A DNA stretch of 63,462 bases, filler included, from Aduncisulcus paluster (lineage: Eukaryota), in assembly GCA_024181965.1 (NCBI GenBank). It is 5 parts of 5 records of this genome, joined end to end, with 100 filler letters (N's around TTAATTAATTAA, not from the genome) between each part and the next. Parts side by side here need not be neighbours in the genome. Positions count along the whole stretch, not along the records: positions 1 to 26,453 come from BQXS01012731.1; 4 more parts are not named here. One strand, written 5' to 3'. Below the pieces are notes generated by a model that ran no database searches, was not told the origin of the DNA, and saw nothing but the letters and a program-made list of their open reading frames with translations. Positions 12,026 through 23,100 of the stretch are shown here, piece by piece. How positions within the stretch are numbered: the stretch's first letter is position 1; each line of letters begins with the position of its first letter. Position numbers and translations under genes: made by a program.

Positions 12026-12342
12026 AGACATAAGTCATTGACTTATGATAAGTCAAAGCATAACATAGTACCTATATTTTGGAAACATAGATCAATCATT
12101 ATTATGAAAACTAATGACTGATTAGAAATCACGCTTTACTTTATTAGAAATTAAGCCTTCTGATGGTTCGAATTTTTCATATCTTATTGAATTTTATGAT
12201 GGAAATCAATAGAATCAAAATATTATTAAATATATCTGGTTAGTAAATTTATTTATTATTACTCTTTTTTGTCTTTTTCTAGAATGATAGAAGGTTCGAA
12301 ACTAAATTGTTGTTTTTGGGGCTGAATACAGATATGTAGACA

Positions 12343-15323
12343 ATGGATTTAGAATCAAAACATATTAAAGCAAAACATAAGTCGTCTAATAAGAAAGATA
12401 TCGATCTTATTTGCCCTCAGTTATTAGATATGGAAAATGATCATTTATCTCCAAATTCTGACGTAATAACAGGTGTTTCCCAATATAAATATTTATTAAA
12501 TCCCAACCAAGATCCTAAACTAAAGGATCATACATGGTTTGGCTCAAAAAGTCCTCCAATAATCATAGACTTAGGATCTTATCAGATCAGAGTTGGCGTT
12601 GCTGATGAATTGAATCCCAGATCTGTTGTTCGTTCATTAGTTATTAAACCAAAGCTTCGGGGACAGATTCCACATTTTGGAGATGAACTTCAGGCTGAAA
12701 GATCAAATGTATCTTCGCCCTTCCAAGAAGATATCATTGTGTCTATAAGTCTTTTGTCCTTAATTCTGGATGAATGTTTCGTGTCTCTTGGTTTTAGTTC
12801 TAAAAAAAAGATTAATCGTTCCGTTATCGTTGGAGTTAACTCTGCCACTCCTCGAATCGTTCAGTTTTTTCTACTGGAGTTATTATTTGAGGCTTATCGT
12901 GTGAAAAGAGTATTAATATTTCAAAATCAACAAAGTCTTTGTTCATATATNNNNNNNNNNNNNNNNNNNNATCTTCGCCCTTCCAAGAAGATATCATTGT
13001 GTCTATAAGTCTTTTGTCCTTAATTCTGGATGAATGTTTCGTGTCTCTTGGTTTTAGTTCTAAAAAAAAGATTAATCGTTCCGTTATCGTTGGAGTTAAC
13101 TCTGCCACTCCTCGAATCGTTCAGTTTTTTCTACTGGAGTTATTATTTGAGGCTTATCGTGTGAAAAGAGTATTAATATTTCAAAATCAACAAAGTCTTT
13201 GTTCATATATCTTTGATAAAATATCACAACAACATTCGGAGGCAATTCAATCCCCTATTTCTCCCTCTAAACGTCGATATTCGTCCTCTATTTCCAGTAT
13301 TTCTCCTTGTACAAGCGATTATAAAAAGAAATATACCATTTTTGTACATATTGGCTTTTCTGCAACATATATTTTAACTTTTTCGAATAATTCAGACCAT
13401 AAAACAATACATCGTTCGTGTGTCCGGGTTGACCCTCTTTGCAAAAGGTTGAATATTGGTGGATCCACCGTGACTTCTTTTCTCATGCAACTTATCCATA
13501 TATATTATCCTGACTTTTCAATAAGTTTGGGAGAGAAACCCTGCTCCTCAATCAAAGCCAACTTTTGTTATGTTCCTCTCGATTTTATTGAGGAACTTAA
13601 TAGATATTCCGATGAAACATATGCCAAGGAGAATATTATTTGGCTTTCACAGAAGGCTATTGCGTCACAAGCTTCTTTCGATGCTGAACATTCTGTGACT
13701 TCTCTTCCTTCCTCTTCTTCTTCGTCTCTTGCTACAGCATCCATGTCTCTTGCCACGCTTGTGCTTGGGTGTGAGCATCCCCTTGATGATAAATATGTAG
13801 AATCAATAGAACACTGTGAAGATATTACAATATTCAAGAAAATTGGATTACTCATTGCAGAGGCAGAAAGAGAATGGAAAGGAGAGTTGGTCGATATTAT
13901 GAAAAAGATTCAAAATTGGGAAGAACAATTATTTCGAGCATCGTCAAATCATGGCCCAGAAATAGCAAAGAAAAGGGAAGAAGAAGAAGAACAAACTGTA
14001 ATAGATTCGCCAAAGGTTCACCAGGATATTCAGAAGAAAGCAGTTGAAATGGGAGTTGCAAATAAGACGACAAACTTACATTCCAATGATTCTTTGAGTG
14101 CAGATAAATATTATATTTTGGAGAAAGAGAAAGAAGAAGAGGAAGAGAAAGAAGAAGAGGAAGAGAAAGAGGAAGAGGGAGAGGAAGAGGGAAAGGAAGA
14201 GGAAGAGGGAAAGGGAGAAGGAATAATTAAAAGTGGAGGACCCTCTATTGGATATATTAGATACCGTATCTCTGTTCTTAAGGCTTCTTACTCCCTCAAA
14301 CAAGAACGAATGGAGGAGACAATTGCATCTGCTTCTTTTCTCACCAACATTCAGGCCATCTTACATACCCTTGGACAATTGAAAAGGAAAGAACATGCCA
14401 TTGTTATGACACTTCAACGCCTTGCCAATGGGTCAAAAATTGGATTGAGATCATCCGCTGTTCCACCTGAAATTGTGGCCGGTTGTGTTACCCCTGGATT
14501 GATAACATTACATAAAGATTGTAAAGGAACGAGTGTTGAATGGATCAAAGCTCTAAATATAGTTCGCCGGAAGAAATATATTCTTCGAGAACTCTTGCAT
14601 CGTATGTTGCATGACCAACCATCTCAAAGCAAAATGTCAGCTTCAATTATATCTCAAGGTTCTAAAGAGGATAGAAATGAAGAAATCGGTCATGAATTGG
14701 AGGCATTATTTAGAGACGGTGAGAAAGAAGCCATGAAGGATCTTCCAACTCTCTCATTTCTTCCCTCAGTGCATGCATTGACACAGAGATGTGTTGAAGA
14801 GAGCCGTGGACGAGGTGTGACACCGATGTGTCATTGTTCCGAGGACAAATATGAGTGTGGAATCGGACCTGAGCGTTGTATGGCAACTGAGATGCTTGTA
14901 AATCCGAGGAATGTTGGTGGAGTGCGAGCTGGATTGCAAGAGACGATTGAAAATATTTGTCACGAGATTGAACGTTCCTCTTCTACGCTTAAATTGACAC
15001 ACGACTCTTCGTATGACAGTGAAAAGTGTTGTGGAAGAATCGATTCTAGAAGAGTGCATTTGGAATCTGAAGAAAAAATTTCTGTTGATTTTATGTTTGT
15101 GGGGACTTCATTTCTATTACCTGGTCTTCCTGAAAGACTTTTACAATCGGCTAAAAAAAGCCTTCCAACGGATTGCGATATAAATTCCCAAATATTCTCA
15201 GATTCTATTTTTATATGGAGGAGTTTAATTCACTCAGCGCAAAATACCGAATTATCCAAATGGATTACGTCTTCTGCATGGAAGAAAGATCGGTCAAAAT
15301 ATGACTTTGTCTTTCACGACTAG
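12343..15323 (+). CDS. Nuclear actin-related protein, Arp5-like (INO80 subunit)
   Basis: PIIIDLGSYQIRVG, ELLFEAY, LNIGG, long charged insertion, GPERCMATEMLVNP, LPGLPERL. The split into two ORFs comes from 12711-12950 being repeated at 12971-13210 across an N gap. Confidence 0.75.
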
Positions 15324-15421
15324 TATTGAACAGGAGCTGGAAGATAGATGTCTTTATTCTACATCTATGAAATGGATCTTATTTTATTGGAATCGTCAAA
15401 ATTAACTCTTCAATTATTCGT

Positions 15422-15466
15422 AGAGATTGCGTAGAATGTGTACAGTACAGTATAGTACAGTATAGT
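15422..15466. repeat. Second copy of head + (TACAG/TATAG)n element
   Basis: 31 nt identical to 6788-6818. Confidence 0.85.
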
Positions 15467-15862
15467 GACAAATATAGTTCATTTAATACTATCGTAGTAC
15501 TATTCTCTTTTCCACTGAAAATGAGTACGATATTATATATTATTGTTCGAAAAAAAAAGATTCAACACTTCCACTGGGCGATATACGTTGTATAAATCAG
15601 ATATTCTGTTTATACAATCATGGAATTATGTTATCTCAATTCAAATTATAGAACAGAATAGAATTCCAATAAAACAGCAACTCTACGTATTTCATTGTTC
15701 CACACATGACATTGAACACTTACATTGCTGGAGTTCAATAAGTCGGCAGATTTCGAGAGAGAAACTCAGATCCATTGACAATTCAAAATATACCGTATAA
15801 TATAAAGTTTATATCAACAAAAATTCAGACAAAGAAGGTATATGATTGATAGAAATAAGCTA

Positions 15863-16712
15863 TTACAACAATTCTTTTCCAACAGCCGCACGTTTCTTCA
15901 CAGATCCAACACTTTTGATGATTTCTTCCCCAAACTCACCAAGCATAATGTCAACAACACCATATGTGAGCTCAGAAGCAACCCCACTGGCAAATTTCTC
16001 AAAATCGGCGTGTCCAGATCCATCGGAAGAGTCTGATACAATTCGAATGACACAATAAGGAGTTTCAAGCTCGACACAGACCTGGGCAACACTAGCACCC
16101 TCCATTTCAACACATAGAGCATCAGGAACGTTTTTAATCACCTTCTTTTTCATGTCATCGGAAGAAATGAACTGATCACCAGTTGCAATTGTACCCTCAC
16201 GAAGAACAGGGTCAGCCAAACCAAGATCCTCAATTAGTTTGTCGCTAATGACAGAATGATACTTCTCATCAATAAATGTTTTCACTGCACGGACAGCAGT
16301 ATCTGTCAGAGATTCAGTTGGTACGGTGGAGGTGGGTCTTTCGATGAGGACTTGGAAGCTCGGTAATTTTATAGAAAGGACGAACATCTAAATCATGTTG
16401 AACCAATCCTTTAGCAACAATCACGTCACCAACACGCACACCGGCACCAGTGGCACCAGCAATACCAACAAATATCACAGCAGCAGCACTAAAACATTTC
16501 ACCATCAAAGTAGCAGTAACTGCTGCAGCAACTTTTCCAGGGTTACTCATAGCAACAACTACATTGATGCCATGTAATTTTCCCAATAAAAAATCCCTAT
16601 GACCAATTTTAACAACTGAATGTGAATCACTCTCATCCATTGCCTTTTTAAGTAATTCATATTCACGAGTAATGGCTACCATAATGGCAATTCTTGTATC
16701 AGTCTCTGTCAT
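15863..16712 (-). CDS. mtnN: 5'-methylthioadenosine/S-adenosylhomocysteine nucleosidase, split across two frames
   Basis: N-half: GKVAAA, FVGIAG, VGDVIVA…QHDLD. C-half: GTIATGDQFI, VEMEGASVAQVC, IRIVSDSSD. The N-half frame stops at TGA 16316-16314 and the C-half is in the +1 frame. Confidence 0.9.
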
Positions 16713-16755
16713 TGTTTTTATCTTTTTCACTGGTACCAATGGCGTGATTAATCAT
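16699..16755 (-). promoter_or_regulatory. 18-codon upstream ORF (MINHAIGTSEKDKNNDRD*) overlapping the mtnN start codon
   Basis: ATG lies immediately after a 3' splice site; its stop TGA 16701-16699 lies downstream of the main ATG at 16712. Confidence 0.5.
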
Positions 16756-16814
16756 CTACAGCAAAAGGAAGTTAGTAATCAACCAAACAAGCTTAAAAGA
16801 TAAATTAAATTTAC
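16756..16814 (-). other. Putative 59-nt 5'-UTR intron of mtnN
   Basis: GTAAAT donor, perfect TACTAAC branch point (16777-16771), pyrimidine tract and TGTAG acceptor. Confidence 0.7.
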
Positions 16815-17183
16815 CGTGTATCTATGAATCGAGATTTAATGTTGTTTATAATGGATGAACTGATGTTTTAGAGTTTTTGAGCCGAAAGGAATATGCTTTC
16901 AAGTCTCAAAAATCCTTGGGTGAGTAAGAAAAAAATTTCTCTTCGAATTAAATAATCTAATGCTAAAATTAGCCATGAATATTTCAATATTACCAATTTT
17001 GTGTGTGACTTTCCGTCGGAGCTGTTTCTTCTCATAATAAAAATCTTTTTCCTATGTTTTTATAAGTACAGAGCTCTAAAATAATTTTTGATGATTTAAA
17101 ATTCATATAAGTCAATATAGGCCTCAAATATTGGAAGTTCCCCAAAAAAACACTCCTGTTTTCTTCCTTTTTCTGACCATTTC

Positions 17184-20100
17184 ATGCCACCGCCAAAAAG
17201 ATTATTACCTGTTGATAAAAATAACATATGTTATCTATGTATTTTTTCACTAAAACTGATTCCAAAATCTACAATCGAAACTCTTATGCTCAAATTTGGA
17301 GAAGCGATTTGTTCTGAACCTAACAGAGTTTTTGGAGTTTATTTCTATTCTATTAAAACTTTTTTTAAGAGGCCACAACCAACGTCTATTGTAAACCAAC
17401 TAGCCAAGGAATTATGTGCTGAGATCCGTCTGGAGGATCCAAAGGATCTGTATATTCACTTTAGGGCATCTCCGATTTCAAACAGTCTAGTTATTCAATT
17501 TCCAAGAGGTGTTTTTAAGCCAGAGATGTTTCGTAGTACCTGCTCAACATTTCCTTACTCTAATCCTAGAGTTTTGCTCTTGCCGGAAGATACTCACATT
17601 GCTGAATCCGTAACACGTACAATTCGTGCCGACAGACCTTACAAAGAGGCCGTTTTGCCCGGGAGAATATTCCTTAATCGTGAGTACCGAGACAGAAAGA
17701 TTGCAGAAGGCGTGTTCATTGCTTTCTCAGAAGACAAAACATCCACATTGATTTTTGCTAAATCTGATGAAATTTTGAGAGTTGTTGTGGATGATATCAG
17801 AACACAACAATCAAAAAGCCCTAAGTTCCCAGGATCTGGACCTAAGAAGGTCCAGAAATCTTTTAAACCTGGTTCTCACTTTGATAGTGCAAAACCAAAG
17901 TATCTAAAGGACAAACGAACGAAAAATGGGAAGGAATCTACACTTTTTGAGGGAGAAAAACTTAAATATCAGAAGGAAATTAAGCCTCCAACTCCTGTAA
18001 AAAAACGCGAACATATTGAGCCAAAGAAAAAGTATTCCGAGACAAAAAAACCATCTAAATCAAGCGATAACGATGAGAGGTTTGAGTATACTAGCATTAT
18101 CTCGGAAATTGACATCCTTGGAGATGATCCCTCTGATACGTCTTCCTCATACGTTTGTTCTTCCTCCGATAGTGATTCTGCCATCTCTGCATCCTCTTCT
18201 GAACCGTCTATGTCTGCTTTGGGATTCAAAACTCTACAATCTTTCAGCTTAGATGACGAGAAGTTCGATTTCGCGAAAGAAATCATCGATTTCAAGATTT
18301 ACCCCTCTGATCGAGCCTCTTCACACACATCCTCAGAGTTTGATGAGATGTCCTTCTCTGATATTGAAGATATTCCTGTGAAGAAAACTGAATTTGACTA
18401 TCTCAAGTTCATGAGGAAACTATTTAAGGTTGATTTATATCGAGTTGAGGAGGATGCAAAGACCAGAGTTGAAAACATGATAAAAAAGCTTAGGATTCTT
18501 GCCAGAGAAGACATTTTGAAGAAGAAAGGGAAGAAAAGGTTTATCATAACAAAAGATCAAGATACACTGAAGAAAAATATCAAATCAAAGCTTTCATTTG
18601 TATCTATTTCTGAACCTTGTAAGGTATTAAGAAATTTATTCCGCCAAGATGATTCTAATCCATCTGAGGAGAAGAAACAGAGCAGAAAACAAGACAAACG
18701 TGCTCATTACAAATCAAAACACAAGCAGACTGCTCGAATTGATGTTCATAAAGCTGCTTGTTTCCTTTTTAATGTGTTTTATTGTATTTGTGAGTCCCCA
18801 ACAAATATTATGAAATGTACAAAGAGTGAACTAAAAATGCATGCCAAGAATACAGTGATTTTTGTCGATTATTCAGGTAATATTATCCTTGGTTCTTCTT
18901 ATCGGGGTCATCAGTTCAAAACAATGGTTTCTGTGTTCAGAAATATTGTTCATCTGTGCCAAGCTATACCCATCTCTGATTCGACTCACGATTATCTGGC
19001 TTCTGTTCCTGGATCTGACGGTAAAACGAATCTCTCAAAGTTGAGGGATGAATTTGGTGTCGTGATTCATCTCCCCGACAAGGCAAGGAAAGAATTTGAT
19101 GGCTTTGAGGCTCAGGAAGTTGATACTCGTGAGAACAGAAAATCAAACCGTGGAATGTGTAGAATTATTGGTTTCTCTCCAAAAGGATCTTCCGATCTTA
19201 AAAAACTTGAAAATCACCTGAAAATACGTGATATGATTGTTTTAAGAGAGTTTTTGAAGAAGAAATTGCCAGTATTTTCAAGAGAGAAGGATATTCTTGA
19301 ACATTTGTTTTTCAACAAAACTCTTGTGCTTACTGCTGAGACAGGGTCTGGAAAATCGGTCGGTATTCCATTATTGCTGGCCCTGCGCATGAAAAATGAT
19401 GCAGGAGCTCTTGGATTCTTCGATGGTAAGCCTGGTGCCATTGTGATATCTCAGCCTCGTGCATTTGCATCTGTCTTGACCTCTGATTATGTCTCTCAAC
19501 TCGCTAATAGCACAGGTATCGTTGTGTCTTGTTGCAACAGATATCATTCCCTGAAGGAAGAACTTGATAGTGCCGAAAGTGATTTAGCTTCGTGGATGCA
19601 TTCAGATAGGACAGGTTTCTTCACTCCAAGGATCATATTTACTGTTAATGGTGCATTATTACGTGTGATGGGAGATGACAAATACAAAGATCTCAATGCT
19701 GTTCGCGCTCTTATCCTCGATGAAGTTCATGAAAGGACTGTTCACGTCGATGCTTTGCTTGGTCTGTCTTCCTATATGCTTACGACCTCAAGGAGAACAG
19801 ATCTATATGTGGTTGCTTGTTCTGCCACCCTTGACCCGAAAACAATATGCGATGTGTTCGAAGGACCTTCCATATCTGAATTCAGATCATCCGTTGATGT
19901 GATGAAAAGACAACGTTTCGATTTCGGAACGACAAATATCTTCGAATTATCACGTGAGACATTTAATAGGGGAATTCAAGTCAAAGGGAAGGTATTTGAT
20001 GTCATTGAAACAGACCTGAGTGTGAAAGATCCAAGTTTGAAACGTATTGTTCCTTGGGCATTGCAGAGTGTGTGTAAACTATTGATCGAACATTCTGAAG

Positions 20101-23100
20101 AGGTCGTACGTGAAGGAAAACCAAACCCCTTTAACAGAGGTCACATGATCGTCTTCTTTCCCACTGGAACCGAGTGCAATCAAGCAAACAGATACTTGAT
20201 GGAGGTGCTGAAGAAAGCCCAAGAAATGGCAAGTTCTGTGTTTAAAGTTGATAAAAGTGGACATCTTAGTCAAAAAGAAAATATCCTCTCAAAAACCCCT
20301 CCAAACGTTGCCTATTTCTTTGATCTTGCACGTAGACTCGCTATGTTGACTCAGGAGGAAGCTTTGAAGCTTGTAAAGTCATTTCGATTCCTCGAAGCCG
20401 ATCCTAAAAAGGCTTGGAAACGAAAAATGAATATGTTGGTTCCGAGATTTTTGGATGAGAAAAAGAAAGATTCAGACCAAAATCTAAAAGCTAAAACTCG
20501 TCTTTTTGGAGTTGTTCCATTGGTTATTCATGGGAAGAGTCCCATTGAAGTTCAGAAATTGGCTAATGCTCCTATTCGTCATCTCAAGGTTCTTTTCACG
20601 ACTAACTTTGCTGAGACTGCTATCACAATTGAGGGTGCTAAATATGTTGTTGACACCAGTATTTGTAAGATCCAGAAATATGACCCAATCACCAGGGCAA
20701 CAGTGCTTGAGACTGTGAAGATATCTGAGAGTTCTCGTATTCAACGTAGAGGACGAGCAGGAAGGACGTGTGAAGGTCGAAGTATTAGACTCAATTGGAG
20801 TGGCTTGAGGAGTTCTGTTGATGGTGATCATGATAGTTCAACCCCTGAAATGCTCAGACTTGATGTATCTGAGATTATGTTGCAATTACTTCTCCTTGGA
20901 CACAAAATGTCAAGGCTCCGTCTTCCCTCTCCTCCATCGGATGAAGCTCTTAATACCGCAGAAAGAGAACTTAAAAGAATTGAGGCTGTGGATATATATG
21001 GAAGCATCACACCGAAGGGGAGAGAATTGGCCCAATTGCCCCTCAACCCTTTGATTGGTACTGCATTTATTAAAGCTAAGGAGCGTATTTTGAGACACCA
21101 GTCCAAAGAATCCCATAATCGTCTGATTTCATATTTGTGTGTGATGTGTAGTTTCTTGGAGATTGGAACCGGTGTTTATTTCGAAGTTCGTGATGATGGA
21201 GAGGAAAAGAATTCATTGTTGAGGATGCAAGATCATTACTGTGATAAAAAGAGTGATCTTGTCTCATTTTTGCATATTTTTGGGGCGTGGTGTACTGATG
21301 ATTTTAGTGTTGAATTCACAAAGAAAGTTGGACTTAACAACAAGGTATGTATCACTTTAAAAGATAAAGTAATGACTCTCGTCAGAATCTTCGATCTAAA
21401 CCTCAAGGAAGCTTTCTTTGATGAATCTGTGTTGAGGAGGGGAAGGAAGGAGGAACTTCCAATCAAACTCAAGTCAGCAACTGAACTATTTGAAGAAAGG
21501 GAAATGAAAATTGCAAAAAGGGAATTGGATTCCGAAGAAGAAGGAGAAGAAGAGATGAAGGAGGAGGAAAAGGGGGAGAAAGATGAAGGGAGGAAAGAAG
21601 ATTCGTATGGTGATGAAAAACTTTCTCTTGATAGAGAAGCTGCAAGAAGAATCAGTTCACACCTTGCAATGTATATTTTGAGGAATGTTGGTGATAAACC
21701 CAAGAGGGCTGTTCTGAATGACATTCATTTTGATCCATTTGGAAAACTTGAGCTTTTGTACAAGACTTTGGATGAAGAAAATGCGATATATGCATTGGAT
21801 AGACCTGGTTTCTGTGTAACCAAAGCCGAAGATGTTCCCGTGTCAATCTTCTATATGCACAAATTCAAACGGGGAAATTCGAAAATTGCTGGTAAAATTA
21901 GTGTGTGCTGTGAAAATGGTAATTTTGCTGGAGACATGCAGCTTGTGAATGTGTTTCCTGAAACATCGCAATACCGTCCACCTATTTCAAGACGAGGCTC
22001 GATTGCAGCGGTGCTTGACTTTTTGAAGGGAATTGGAGAAACTCCGTCTTCATTCGTTACTTCTATTCAGAAACCTTGTGATAGGCTTGGACTGGCTTCT
22101 GAAGAAACTTTGGTGATGGAAAGATCGCTTGACTTTGTGAAACCCGAGACCTTCCTTGCATATATTTCAAGTTCTCAGGCTAGACAGCTTCATAGATGGA
22201 ATTCTCAACTTCTGAATGATCTTATTGAGAGCCAAAAAAGTGTATTACTTCCGAATTGTCCTGTTCCTCGTCAATGTACAATGATTGGACCTGGAATGAG
22301 CGTTAAGATGATTCATCTCCATTCTTCTGATCTTCCCGAGGGTGACGCTCTTCCAACTCACGTTTCAGCATATCCCACCGAAGGGATGGCTAGAATGAAT
22401 AGACTATTCGATCCCAAGAATTGTTGTTTGGTAATTGGTGGAAATCAGAAAGGGAAATATGTATCATCCATGTCTGCTGCCGAAGCCATGAAACAGTATG
22501 TGATTGGAGAAGAGATTCCTATCGATAGTTTGTGCCATCAAACTCAGAAATCCTATGAGAGGCAGATTCAAGGTTTCACCACCCAAGTGATGTTCACATT
22601 CGAAGATCCATCAAGAACTGGATATCCCATGATTCAGGTGAATGCAAAAGAAAATATCGATGAGATTCAAGCTAGTATTGGTGCTAATTATGCTTATAAT
22701 GCTTCAAAAATGAGACGTGTGGCAGATAAGGATGGATATACAAAATTCACTTTTGGACCAAAACCTGGAGTTATTCCATTAGATCTCATTAAAGATGAGC
22801 TTCTAAATCTATCTCCTGATTTATTTTGTTCTTCATATAGAACCAAGGGAAGGTCCTCTTATTCCAGTATGGTTGAGTTTACTGACCATAGAAAAAGCCG
22901 CTTTGAAAGAGAATTGTCAATTATTTGTGGAGGGGCTCTTGGGAAAGATATATATCCTGTCGAAGGAGGTATGGCTCGGAAAAACACTGACTTAACGAAG
23001 AATCCTGTCATTTACTGTATGAGTAGAAATCGGACATCTTTCTATGTTGATATTTTTGATCCTACTGTAGATTCACGTGTATTGGAGGACTTGCGAGGTA

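Noticed and set aside
12343..13008. Separate small actin-like gene upstream of a second Arp
   Set aside because: A single gene split by a 240-bp overlap across the N gap.
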